Part shown: piece by piece, positions 27,425 through 37,341 of the stretch
How the letters are laid out: every line of letters starts with the position of its first letter
How positions within the stretch are numbered: the first letter of the stretch is position 1
Origin: an uncultured Bacillota bacterium
GTDB lineage: Bacteria; Bacillota; Clostridia; Christensenellales; Borkfalkiaceae
DNA length: 64,000 nucleotides
Assembly (NCBI GenBank): GCA_949300535.1
Contig: CASGEQ010000080.1
Coordinates: 1-64,000 of the forward strand
Reading direction: 5' to 3'
Notes under the pieces: model-generated
The model's input: the letters and a program-made list of their open reading frames with translations, nothing else
What the model was told of the DNA's origin: nothing
Database searches by the model: none
Translations under genes and position numbers: made by a program

Positions 27425-27907
27425 TCCAAACATAATTTATATACGTTCTTTGCGATCGGGGAAAGTCATTCCCCGCCCGATCCGCCTGAAAAAATCGTAA
27501 TTTGCCGTTATTTGTCTTTCATAAACGCAATTTTTTTGGATTTTCTGCCGAAATTTTCCGTATTCAGCTAAACTTTCGCGTTGAAAAAACGTCAAGGCTT
27601 ACATCTTTAACAGCCGTTGGACTTTCGGGAGGAAGCGACTCTGCGGCTATGCTGCTTTTTTCAGGGACGGGAAGGGATGGATATCATCGGAATAATATCC
27701 ATTTCTATGTATAAATGCGGAATATTTTGCAGTTTTTTTCAGAAATCCGCCAATTGTCAAGGCAGACCGTTGCAAGGCGCGTTGATTGCGGTATATTATA
27801 AGGATAAAGCAGGAAATGCGGCGGCAGAAAAAGAAGCGCTTTTATAGCGGATAATCAGATCTTATATCTGTCATAACAAATAAATGTATAGAGGGCAAAA
27901 TTTTTAC

Positions 27908-27936
27908 TTGACAGCATTATTTCATTAGAGTATACT
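27908..27936 (+). promoter_or_regulatory. Sigma-A-type promoter in the ORF-free AT-rich region
   Basis: TTGACA, 17 nt, then TATACT. Confidence 0.45.
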
Positions 27937-28127
27937 TGCAACGGATTGCCGTGAAAAAAAAGTGAATGATGCGGAAATCCTGAAAAAAACAGGTGAAAAG
28001 CAAACAGTACGGATCCGCATGGAAAAGCGGCTTAAAGGCCTTTCCAAAGGCGCTTTGTGAAAAAGAAGGGAGAATGGTGAAAGTCTTCCGCTTTTATCCG
28101 CATTCGACATATTAAGCGGAGAAATAT

Positions 28128-28156
28128 TTGACTTTTACTATTCAAAATTATATAAT
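28128..28156 (+). promoter_or_regulatory. Sigma-A-type promoter
   Basis: TTGACT, 17 nt, then TATAAT. Lies about 150 nt upstream of the lipoprotein gene. Confidence 0.55.
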
Positions 28157-28303
28157 ATAGCATTGAAGTACAGATTTTTTCGGATCGGGACGGAAGGCAT
28201 ATTGCCGGCGTTTCACATTCCGATCATCTAATTTGCACAGATAAATCCGTAAAAATTTTTCAAGCGGGAATTTCACGGAAAATTCCCGGAAGGAAGTAAG
28301 TCT

Positions 28304-29521
28304 ATGAAGCTCAGGAAGCTGCTGATAGCCGCAATGACCGTCGTGTCCGCCGCATGCCTTGCGGCGGGGATTTCGGCTTGCTCGGATGCTTCCGCAGATT
28401 ACAGCCAGATGGGATATGTCAAGGTTGTCTTTCATCTGGAGGGCGGCAGATACCGAAACAGCACGAATGCCGTGACCAATTATTACGATTTTGAGGAAGG
28501 AACGCAGAATCTCATCTTTCCTCTCGGCGAATTTTCCGGTACGCAGCCGATCCGCGAGAATTACAAACTGGACGGCTGGTATCAGACGCGCGAAGAGGTC
28601 AACGGAACCGTCGTGTATGAAAACGCCTGGGACTTTTCTTCGGATACCGTTTCGGAAGAGGGAGTGGAACTGTACGCGTACTGGCGCCCCGACGTAAACT
28701 ATTCTTATAATGTTTGTTTCCGCGATGAGAACGGCGAAGTCGAGATTCTCGGCACATATAACGGAAAATCGGAGGGAGAACCTTTTTCTGACGATCTGAA
28801 TTATGCGGAGCTGAAAGCGCCCTCGGGATACACCTTTCTCGGGATATTCGTCGATGAAGACGGGAATCCCTGGGACGAGACTTTCGGGCATCCGGGCGGC
28901 GAGGAGGATACCGCCGTCAACGTATTCCCGGTATACGTCAAGGGGATTTATGCCGTGGTTCGTACGGCGGAAGAGCTGCAGAGCGCGCTTTCCTCGGGCA
29001 GGGGCGTCTATCTGATGAACGACATCGACATGGGCGGACAAGCTCTCGGAACGGGCGCAGGAACGAGCGTCAATTACCGTTCGGAATTCTGCGGCAACGG
29101 ATATACCGTTTCCAATTTCACGATTGCATATAACGCAAGCAATCTCGTGAATAACCCCGATCTCGACGAAGAGGGCAACCTGCTCTGCATCAGCCTGTTC
29201 GGGAACCTCGTGGGCGCTGCCGTAAAGGATGTTACGTTTGCGGATTATACATTGGCGCTGGATGCGAATTATTCGCGTATCAGACGAATCTATATCGCGC
29301 CTCTTTGTACGACGATGCGTGAGAGTACGGTCGAGAACGTGACGTTCGAGAACGGGGAATTTACTTGTCTGAAGCTCTCCGCGGGGTTTGCGGAAGAAAA
29401 TCTGCTCGTGCCGCAAAATAACGGGGCATATTTCGTCAATATCGACGACAGTTCAACGGTGATCGGTCTGTCGTGTTCTTATGTCAACGACATGCACGAA
29501 TATTTCGTGCAGTCCGAATAG
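28304..29521 (+). CDS. Lipoprotein with Listeria-Bacteroides-type repeat motifs (hypothetical)
   Basis: Lipobox GISACSD. YKLDGWYQT and GYTFLGIFVDEDG motifs. Confidence 0.5.
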   Translation: MKLRKLLIAAMTVVSAACLAAGISACSDASADYSQMGYVKVVFHLEGGRYRNSTNAVTNYYDFEEGTQNLIFPLGEFSGTQPIRENYKLDGWYQTREEVNGTVVYENAWDFSSDTVSEEGVELYAYWRPDVNYSYNVCFRDENGEVEILGTYNGKSEGEPFSDDLNYAELKAPSGYTFLGIFVDEDGNPWDETFGHPGGEEDTAVNVFPVYVKGIYAVVRTAEELQSALSSGRGVYLMNDIDMGGQALGTGAGTSVNYRSEFCGNGYTVSNFTIAYNASNLVNNPDLDEEGNLLCISLFGNLVGAAVKDVTFADYTLALDANYSRIRRIYIAPLCTTMRESTVENVTFENGEFTCLKLSAGFAEENLLVPQNNGAYFVNIDDSSTVIGLSCSYVNDMHEYFVQSE

Positions 29522-29734
29522 CGTACTGCTAAAGTACGGAAAACAACGCCTGAGGAATCGGGCGGAAAAACACCGCAAGGGGGCCCCCTTGCGTATAGGG
29601 AATTCTTATGTATTCCCTATAAAAATATTTATCTGTTCTGCGAACAGCAGAGGATGGACATAGGCATTTATAAATTGCGCCTCAGGTCAACGGCTATACG
29701 GCGCAGCAAAAATTATAGAGAAGGAGAAATTGCG

Positions 29735-32395
29735 ATGAAATCAAAGGCTGTGAAATTGACTGCGGGCGTCCTTGCGGTGAGCATGGTTTTAGGCTTTGCA
29801 GGATGCGGCGGCGGGGAAACGGTTACGTATTACGACAACGAGAACGACCCTCTCGTGTTTTCCACGCTGGAAGTAGATCAGGTATTCAATCCGTTTTTCT
29901 ACACTTCGGGGACAGACGGTGAAGTGGTCGGACTTACTCAGTTGAGCATGCTCACGAACGACAGCAAGGGGAACCCCTCTTACGGAGAAGACGAGGCATG
30001 TATCGTACTCGACTACGAGGAGAAGACGACGGGAACCGGCGAAAATCAGAAGACCGAATATAAATTCGTTCTCAAGAACAACGTTCGCTTCTCGGATGGT
30101 ACATATCTTTCGATGAAGGACGTGCTCTTCAACTTCTACGTTTATCTCGACCCCGTTTATACCGGTTCGAGCACCATTTATTCGACGGATATCGTCGGTT
30201 TGAAGGAATACCGCACGCAGTCCTCTTCGGAAGCCGAGCAGGACAGCTTCATGCAGCGTTTTGAAAACGAAGCGCGCAGCCGTATCGACAATCTCATCAC
30301 GGCGTCCAACGATCTCCTCGATCAGGCAGGCGTCGTGGGCTTTGCCGACGCAGAGGCGTTCAAACAGGCGCTGGAAGGGTATCAGGAAGAGCATCCGGAT
30401 GCGGCGTTTTCCCATCTCGTGGAAGACTTCGGGCTGGTTGCAGGATATACCGATGGGGACGGCGTCGAGCACAGCGGCTTCTTTATGGAAGAACTCGAGA
30501 GCGACTGGTCTGCGGCGCTCAATTCCTATGAAGACACCTCGTTTTCTGATGAAAGCGGGGAGGTTTATAAGCCGTTTACCACGGATGTGGAAGTCTTCCT
30601 CTATAATGAGGGCTATGTTTCCTGGAGCAGACGCGACGGCAGACTTCACTCTTCCATCATGAGCGATGCCGATCTCGACGCAGGGAAACTCAAGGAATAT
30701 ACGAAAGAGGATGCGATCTCGCTCGTCTATAACGACAAGATCCCCAACGCAATCGTGGAAGTCGTCAGTTATTGGCAGACGGCGGTCACGCTCAGCACCT
30801 ACCTTACAAACGCTGCGCTCGGCGAATACTATCAGACGCATGAGCGTACTTACAGCAATATCAGCGGCATTCAGTTTGCGAACCGCACGCAGTCCGTTAC
30901 CGTCAACGACGTTACATACGGAGTCCCCACATACGAGGAAGGCTCGAATAACACGCACGTCATCTCCGGCAACGAGGTGCTCTCCATTACGATCAATAAG
31001 GTCGACCCCAAGGCGATCTGGAACTTTGCGATTCCCGTGGCGCCTATGAACTATTATTCCGACGCTGAGCACATCGAGGCATTCGATTATGAAAGCAACT
31101 TCGGCGTGGAATACGGGTCTCAGGATTTTTATAACAATGTCGTAAACGGCAGCGATAAGATCGGCGTTCCCATGGGCGCAGGGCCTTATGCGGCAAGCAA
31201 GTCCTCGGGCGGCATCGAAAATATCACGGCGGGCGACTTCTACGACGTCGGCGTCATCTACTTCGAGCGCAACCCTTATTTCATCATGGGCCCCGCGAAG
31301 ATCAAGAAGGTCCGTTATCAGGTCGTTTCTTCTTCCGGTATGCTCAATTCCCTCTACACCGGGGCGATCGACTTTATTTCTCCCAACGCAAAACCCGAAA
31401 CGATCAACGAGCTCAATGATCGCAGAGATCAGGGCATCGGCAACGATTCGATTACGACGATGGGTTACGGCTATATCGGCATCAATGCGGGTAAAGTTCC
31501 CGCTCTTAAAGTGCGTCAGGCAATCATGCACGCGATCGATATTCAGGAGTGCGTGAACTATTATGGCACGGAAGCGCAGCCGATTTATCGTTCCATGTCG
31601 CGCGAAAGCTGGGCTTATCCCGAGGACGCGACCCCTTATTATCCTTACATCGGCGATCCCGTGCCCGAAAATCTGTCCGTCGTCAATCCCGATTACAGGG
31701 ATTATGTGACGAGACTCGGAAAACGCGCAGGAGACATGCTCACGGAAGAGGAGCAGGAAGACTTCATCCGTCAGCTCGTTGAAGACGCAGGTTACAGGCT
31801 CGGCGCCAACGATGTCTATACGAACGGCACCGATACGCTCCGCATCGACTTTACGATCGCGGGCGAAGAGACCGACCACCCCGCGTACAGCGCGCTCAAC
31901 CATGCGCGTGAGATTCTCAACCGCTGCGGATTCCAGATTACGGTCAAGACGGACGCCAATGCGCTCACCAAACTTACGACGGGCGATCTCTCCGTATGGG
32001 CGGCGGCATGGAGTTCCACAATCGACCCCGATATGTATCAGGTCTATCATAAGGATTCTACCGCAACTTCCACGCTCAACTGGGGTTATCGTCAGATCAA
32101 ACTCAATGCGGGCGGAAAGTACAACACGGAATATGCGCTTTTGGATCAGCTTTCGCTCCTCATCGAGCAGGCGCGCGAGACGACCGTTCAGAGCACGCGT
32201 AAGGACCTTTATTCGCAGGCGCTCGACATCGTCATGCAGATGGCGATCGAGCTTCCTACCTACCAGAGAACGGATCTGTTCGCCTATAATGCAAACAAGA
32301 TCGACGAAACGACCTTTACCCCCAAAGCAGACCGTTCGGCGTTCAAGGGTCTGACGAGCGATCTTTATAACGTATCTCTGATCGTAGAAAGATAA
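29735..32395 (+). CDS. ABC transporter substrate-binding lipoprotein, family 5 (OppA/DppA-like), unusually large at 886 aa
   Basis: AGGAG RBS. Lipobox LGFAGCGGG. SBP_bac_5-like core with a long insertion. Confidence 0.75.
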   Translation: MKSKAVKLTAGVLAVSMVLGFAGCGGGETVTYYDNENDPLVFSTLEVDQVFNPFFYTSGTDGEVVGLTQLSMLTNDSKGNPSYGEDEACIVLDYEEKTTGTGENQKTEYKFVLKNNVRFSDGTYLSMKDVLFNFYVYLDPVYTGSSTIYSTDIVGLKEYRTQSSSEAEQDSFMQRFENEARSRIDNLITASNDLLDQAGVVGFADAEAFKQALEGYQEEHPDAAFSHLVEDFGLVAGYTDGDGVEHSGFFMEELESDWSAALNSYEDTSFSDESGEVYKPFTTDVEVFLYNEGYVSWSRRDGRLHSSIMSDADLDAGKLKEYTKEDAISLVYNDKIPNAIVEVVSYWQTAVTLSTYLTNAALGEYYQTHERTYSNISGIQFANRTQSVTVNDVTYGVPTYEEGSNNTHVISGNEVLSITINKVDPKAIWNFAIPVAPMNYYSDAEHIEAFDYESNFGVEYGSQDFYNNVVNGSDKIGVPMGAGPYAASKSSGGIENITAGDFYDVGVIYFERNPYFIMGPAKIKKVRYQVVSSSGMLNSLYTGAIDFISPNAKPETINELNDRRDQGIGNDSITTMGYGYIGINAGKVPALKVRQAIMHAIDIQECVNYYGTEAQPIYRSMSRESWAYPEDATPYYPYIGDPVPENLSVVNPDYRDYVTRLGKRAGDMLTEEEQEDFIRQLVEDAGYRLGANDVYTNGTDTLRIDFTIAGEETDHPAYSALNHAREILNRCGFQITVKTDANALTKLTTGDLSVWAAAWSSTIDPDMYQVYHKDSTATSTLNWGYRQIKLNAGGKYNTEYALLDQLSLLIEQARETTVQSTRKDLYSQALDIVMQMAIELPTYQRTDLFAYNANKIDETTFTPKADRSAFKGLTSDLYNVSLIVER

Positions 32396-32437
32396 AAACC
32401 TGCCGCGCAGCGCGGCAGACCATAAATCGGGTACATT

Positions 32438-33445
32438 ATGCTCAAATACATCATCAAAAGACTTCTGATCTCCATCGTCATTCTTCTGGGCGTTTCCATC
32501 ATCATATATACGATGGTGCGCCTCATGCCGAACGACTATGTGGACAATAAATTCAAGACGCAGCTCGCGACGGGAACGATCGACATGGAAGATATCCTGC
32601 AATTTAAAAAATTGTACGGTATCGGCGATAACTCGTTCTTCGGTATTTTGTCGGGGTATTTCCAATGGCTCGGGAATCTTCTGAAAGGGGATCTCGGGAC
32701 TTCCTTCAAGTACCAGAAGGATGTGGGCGAAGTGATCAGTCAGAACATGTGGATTTCCTTTGCGATCGCTATCGTCGCCACCATTCTCCAATTTCTCATC
32801 GCGATCCCGCTCGGCATTTCGAGCGCTACGCATCAGTATTCCGTCCGTGACTATGCGGTCACCGTATTTACGATGATCGGCATATCGCTGCCGACATACT
32901 TTTTTGCGGCGATCGTCATCAAGATATTTGCAGTCGATCTTGGCATTCTTCCGCCGAACGGCCTTATCTATCCGAGCAAGAGCTATGCGGAATCGTTTAT
33001 GGGGCAGATGGAGCGGTTCGGCGACATCATCGTACACCTGATTCTGCCGATTTTCGTCAGCGTTATACTTTCCATCGGCGGACTCATGCGCTATACGAGA
33101 ACGAACACGCTCGAAGTGCTCGGCGCGGATTATATCCGCACCGCCCGTGCAAAAGGGCTTTCCGAGCGTAAGGTCATTTACCAGCACGCATTCCGCAATA
33201 CGCTGATTCCGCTCGCCACGCTGCTTGCAGGGATCCTGCCGTCGCTCTTCGGCGGTATGATGATCACCGAGGAAGTGTTCGGTATCGACGGAATCGGGCG
33301 GCTCGCCTATCAGGCGCTGCGGGAGGGCGACGTCCCGTTCGTCATGGGATACAACATGTTCCTTGCGGTTCTGACGGTCATAGGCACATTGCTGTCGGAT
33401 ATCATGTATGCGTTGGTCGATCCGCGCGTGAAGCTTGGGAAGTAG
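32438..33445 (+). CDS. Oligopeptide/dipeptide ABC permease (OppB/DppB family)
   Basis: Six TM segments and an EAA-like motif region. Confidence 0.85.
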   Translation: MLKYIIKRLLISIVILLGVSIIIYTMVRLMPNDYVDNKFKTQLATGTIDMEDILQFKKLYGIGDNSFFGILSGYFQWLGNLLKGDLGTSFKYQKDVGEVISQNMWISFAIAIVATILQFLIAIPLGISSATHQYSVRDYAVTVFTMIGISLPTYFFAAIVIKIFAVDLGILPPNGLIYPSKSYAESFMGQMERFGDIIVHLILPIFVSVILSIGGLMRYTRTNTLEVLGADYIRTARAKGLSERKVIYQHAFRNTLIPLATLLAGILPSLFGGMMITEEVFGIDGIGRLAYQALREGDVPFVMGYNMFLAVLTVIGTLLSDIMYALVDPRVKLGK

Positions 33446-33454
33446 GAGAAGAAG

Positions 33455-34591
33455 ATGAAAGAACACGAGATCAAAGAACGCACCGAAGAGGCCGCCGCGC
33501 TTGACGCCGAAACGGAACTTGCGGAAACGGACGCGATCCCCGAAGTCGCCGAAAAGGCGAACGAAGATATTCCCGAAGCGGTAGCCGAAACGGAGGAGGA
33601 AGAGGAAGAAGAAACGTATAAGGAAATGAGCCCGCTCAGGCTTGTCATGCGCAGATTCTTCCGTTCCAAACTTTCCATCGTCGGGCTTGTCATGATCGTA
33701 TTCCTGTTTGTATTCGCTTTTCTCGGTCCGGTCATGTATACGAGATGGGGCGAAGAAACGGTAGACAGAACGCCCGTTACGAACACATTTGATTATACAT
33801 ACGATTATTTCGATGAGAACAATGAAGAGATCACCGTCGTGGAAGAGCTTCTGATTCAGGACGATAAGAACAGTTATGCGGATCCTTCCGCGGATCATTT
33901 GCTCGGAACGGACGACCAGGGAATGGACGTCCTGGTTAGACTGATGTACGGCGGCAGAATTTCGCTTATGATCGGGTTTATCGTAGTCATTCTCGAGACG
34001 GTCATCGGCATTATCCTGGGCGGCCTGGCGGGTTATTTCGGCGGCTGGGTCGATCAGGTCATCATGCGTATCGTGGATATTTTCAACTGTATCCCGACGC
34101 TGCCCATTCTCCTGATTGCATCGGCAATGATCGATTCGTGGCAATTGGCGCCGGACCAGCGAATATACGTTCTGATGGTGATCATCACGATCTTCAGCTG
34201 GAGCGGCGTTGCGCGAATGGTGCGCGGGCAGATTCTGTCCCTGCGCGAACAGGAGTACATCACCGCAACGGAGGTCATGGGACTTCCGACGTGGCGCAAG
34301 ATCTTCAAACACTTGATTCCGAACGTCATGCCGCAGCTCATCGTTTCGATGACGCTCGGATTGGGCAGCGTAATTCTCTATGAATCTACGCTGAGCTATC
34401 TCGGACTGGGCGTTCAGCTGCCGCAGGCGGCATGGGGAACGATGATCGCGACGGCAAACGATCCTGTGGTGCTCAGTTATCACGTCAATATGTGGCTGCC
34501 GGCAGGTATCATGATCGTCATAGCAGTCCTCGGGTTCAACTTCGTGGGCGACGGTTTGCGCGACGCGATGGATCCCAAGGCACGGAAATAA
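33455..34591 (+). CDS. Oligopeptide/dipeptide ABC permease (OppC/DppC family) with an acidic N-terminal extension
   Basis: OppC-type TMD. N-terminal region of about 70 aa rich in Glu. Confidence 0.8.
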   Translation: MKEHEIKERTEEAAALDAETELAETDAIPEVAEKANEDIPEAVAETEEEEEEETYKEMSPLRLVMRRFFRSKLSIVGLVMIVFLFVFAFLGPVMYTRWGEETVDRTPVTNTFDYTYDYFDENNEEITVVEELLIQDDKNSYADPSADHLLGTDDQGMDVLVRLMYGGRISLMIGFIVVILETVIGIILGGLAGYFGGWVDQVIMRIVDIFNCIPTLPILLIASAMIDSWQLAPDQRIYVLMVIITIFSWSGVARMVRGQILSLREQEYITATEVMGLPTWRKIFKHLIPNVMPQLIVSMTLGLGSVILYESTLSYLGLGVQLPQAAWGTMIATANDPVVLSYHVNMWLPAGIMIVIAVLGFNFVGDGLRDAMDPKARK

Positions 34592-34607
34592 TAAAGAGCA
34601 GATTGCG

Positions 34608-35942
34608 ATGAAAAGAAAGAAAAATACAAATTATGCGTCGCTCAGTGAGAGCCGGAGGATCATCCGCCATAACGTCAGGCAGATGCGTTATTACGAGAAA
34701 CTCAAGCGTAAGAAGCGCAGTCCCGAAGAGTATACCGCGACGATGCGCGATCCGAACAACATCATCGAGATCGACGGGCTTAAGACGTGCTTTTTTACGG
34801 ACAACGGAACGGTAATGTCCGTGAACGGCGTCTCTTTCGATATTCCGAAAAATAAGATCGTCGGCGTTGTGGGAGAATCGGGCTGCGGGAAAAGCGTGAC
34901 CTCGCTCTCCATCATGCAGCTTGTGCAGGCGCCGCAGGGTCAGATCGTGGAGGGTTCCATCCGTTTCGCCGCGCAGGATTATAAGCTGGACGAATCGGGC
35001 AAGCCCATTCCGATTTGGGAATATGTCGAAAAAGACGGAAAAAAAGTCATCAAGACCGTTCCCGTGCTGGACAAAAAGGGCAATCCTGTCCTCGATAAAG
35101 AGGGCAGACCCGTTATGAAGAACGTTCAGGCGAAGGATGAAAACGGACTGCCTCTTTTTGAACTGGAAGAAAAGACATACGATATCGTAAAAATGCCCGC
35201 AAAGGAGCTTTACCGCATCCGCGGGAAAGAGATATCGATGATCTTTCAGGAGCCGATGACGAGCCTGAACCCCGTGTTTACCGTCGGATATCAGCTTGAC
35301 GAGGTTTCCTTTCTCCATACGCCGGGGATTTCCAAAAAGGAAGCGCGCGAGTACAGCATCGAGATGCTGAAAAAAGTCGGCATTTCCATGCCGGAACATA
35401 CTTACGAAAGCTATCCGCATGAACTTTCCGGCGGAATGCGCCAGCGCGTCATGATCGCAATGGCGATCGCGGGACTTCCGAAACTCATTATAGCCGACGA
35501 GCCGACCACGGCGCTCGACGTGACGATTCAGGCGCAGATTCTGGAACTGCTGCGCGATCTGCAGCGCAAACAGGGCTGTTCCATCATGCTGATCACGCAC
35601 GATCTGGGCGTAATCGCCGAGATGGCGGACGAAGTCGTCGTCATGTACGCAGGCAAGGTGATCGAAAAGGGTACGGTGCAGGATATTTTCAATCATCCCC
35701 TGCATCCGTACACGGTGGGGTTGCAGAAGAGCAAGCCTTTGCTCGATTCCGATTCCAACGAACCGCTCTATTCCATTCCGGGTCAGGTCCCCAATCCCAT
35801 CAATCTGCCCGATTGCTGTTATTTCAGGAATCGCTGCAACCGCTGTACCGAAGCGTGCAAGGGGCCTTATCCCGAAATGATACGCGTAAGCGATACGCAT
35901 TATGTTTCCTGCTATCTCTATCAAAACGGAAAAGGAGACTGA
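34608..35942 (+). CDS. Oligopeptide ABC ATPase (OppD-like) with an N-terminal extension and an insertion of about 80 aa after Walker A
   Basis: GESGCGKS Walker A; LSGGMRQR signature; C-terminal oligopeptide-ATPase domain. Confidence 0.85.
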   Translation: MKRKKNTNYASLSESRRIIRHNVRQMRYYEKLKRKKRSPEEYTATMRDPNNIIEIDGLKTCFFTDNGTVMSVNGVSFDIPKNKIVGVVGESGCGKSVTSLSIMQLVQAPQGQIVEGSIRFAAQDYKLDESGKPIPIWEYVEKDGKKVIKTVPVLDKKGNPVLDKEGRPVMKNVQAKDENGLPLFELEEKTYDIVKMPAKELYRIRGKEISMIFQEPMTSLNPVFTVGYQLDEVSFLHTPGISKKEAREYSIEMLKKVGISMPEHTYESYPHELSGGMRQRVMIAMAIAGLPKLIIADEPTTALDVTIQAQILELLRDLQRKQGCSIMLITHDLGVIAEMADEVVVMYAGKVIEKGTVQDIFNHPLHPYTVGLQKSKPLLDSDSNEPLYSIPGQVPNPINLPDCCYFRNRCNRCTEACKGPYPEMIRVSDTHYVSCYLYQNGKGD

Positions 35943-35943
35943 C

Positions 35944-37134
35944 ATGGAAAACCAAAAAATAGAAAACAAAACCGCGGAGATCCCGGAAGACGAGATTCTG
36001 CGCGTGGAGCATCTGAAAAAGTATTTTCCCATCGAGAAGAGCCTGCTCGGGAAAGTGACGACGAGCCTTCGGGCGGTGGACGACGTGAGCTTTTCGGTAA
36101 AACGGGGCACGACGATCGGGATCGTAGGGGAATCGGGCTGCGGGAAAACCACTCTCGGGCGTACGATTCTCAAATTATACGATCCGGACGGCGGGAAGAT
36201 CTACTTCAACGGCGAAGATATCACCGATTTAAAGAGCAAACAGATGCTGAAATACAGGACGGATATCCAGCTGATTTTCCAGGATCCTTATTCGAGCCTG
36301 CCGCCCAGAATGACGGTCGGCAGCATCATTTCCGAAGCCGTCCGCGTACATAACATCGTACCCAAAAATCAGCTGTACGAATACGTTCTCGACATCATGA
36401 AAAAATGCGGGTTGCAGCCGCAGTACTATGACCGTTATCCCCATGAGTTTTCAGGCGGTCAGCGGCAGAGAATCTGCATTGCGCGCGCTTTGGCGGTAAA
36501 GCCCAAGCTCGTCATCTGCGACGAGCCCGTTTCCGCGCTGGACGTATCCATTCAGGCGCAGATCATCAATCTTCTGAAAGATCTGCAAAAGAAGATCGGG
36601 CTTACTTATGTGTTCATTTCGCACGACCTGTCCGTCGTCAAGTACATCACGGAACAGATTCTCGTCATGTATCTCGGCAAAGTCATGGAGTTGGGCGAAA
36701 CGGACGAAATATTCGAAAACCCGCTGCATCCTTATACGAAGGCTTTGTTTTCTGCGGTACCCGTTCCGAATCCGGACGTCAAGATGCAGCGTATCATCCT
36801 CGAAGGGGACATTCCTTCCCCGGCGAATCCCCCCGCGGGCTGCAAATTTCATACGCGCTGCCCGGAGTGCATGAACGTCTGCAAGTTCATGGAACCGCAA
36901 TACGTCGAAGCCGTACCCGGACATCACGTGGCTTGTCATCTGTATAATCGGCAGGTCATGGAGCATCTATCCGATTACGATGCGGAGTACGAGCGTCTCG
37001 AAGCGGAACGCATTGCGCAGCTGCAGGAAAAGCAGCAGAAAAAAGAGCATGGAAGAAGAAAAGCAGAAGCCGCAGAAAGATCTGACGGGAACGCCCCCGA
37101 AGGCGAAGAAAAAAAAGAAACGGAAATTCGTTGA
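35944..37134 (+). CDS. Oligopeptide ABC ATPase (OppF-like) with a Lys/Glu-rich C-terminal tail
   Basis: AAGGAG RBS; GESGCGKTT; FSGGQRQR. Confidence 0.85.
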   Translation: MENQKIENKTAEIPEDEILRVEHLKKYFPIEKSLLGKVTTSLRAVDDVSFSVKRGTTIGIVGESGCGKTTLGRTILKLYDPDGGKIYFNGEDITDLKSKQMLKYRTDIQLIFQDPYSSLPPRMTVGSIISEAVRVHNIVPKNQLYEYVLDIMKKCGLQPQYYDRYPHEFSGGQRQRICIARALAVKPKLVICDEPVSALDVSIQAQIINLLKDLQKKIGLTYVFISHDLSVVKYITEQILVMYLGKVMELGETDEIFENPLHPYTKALFSAVPVPNPDVKMQRIILEGDIPSPANPPAGCKFHTRCPECMNVCKFMEPQYVEAVPGHHVACHLYNRQVMEHLSDYDAEYERLEAERIAQLQEKQQKKEHGRRKAEAAERSDGNAPEGEEKKETEIR

Positions 37135-37341
37135 CGACGGCCACACGGTATACAGCATGGAAGGACTCAATCCGGCTCCGCGCGTAAAGCAATCGGACAA
37201 AACCGGGCTCACGCATAAGGAGCGCCGCGCGGCGGTCCGCGCAGCGCTTGCCGTGTATTTGCCGAGAGTTCTTCTCATCATTGCCTGTTTTGTCATTGCA
37301 GGCCTGCTGATTTATTTGTGGCTGAGTTAATAAGGAGCACT

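Noticed and set aside
29789-34483. 1564-aa ORF on the minus strand across the opp operon. Similar long minus-strand ORFs at 37327-39159, 39289-41301, 42658-44724, 47351-49693, 49915-52749, 53752-55203, 55342-57255 and 57325-60042.
   Set aside because: These are antisense to strongly supported + strand genes. Their translations are low-complexity Arg/Asp/Gly-rich with no motifs. They reflect stop-codon depletion on the antisense strand of GC-rich coding DNA.
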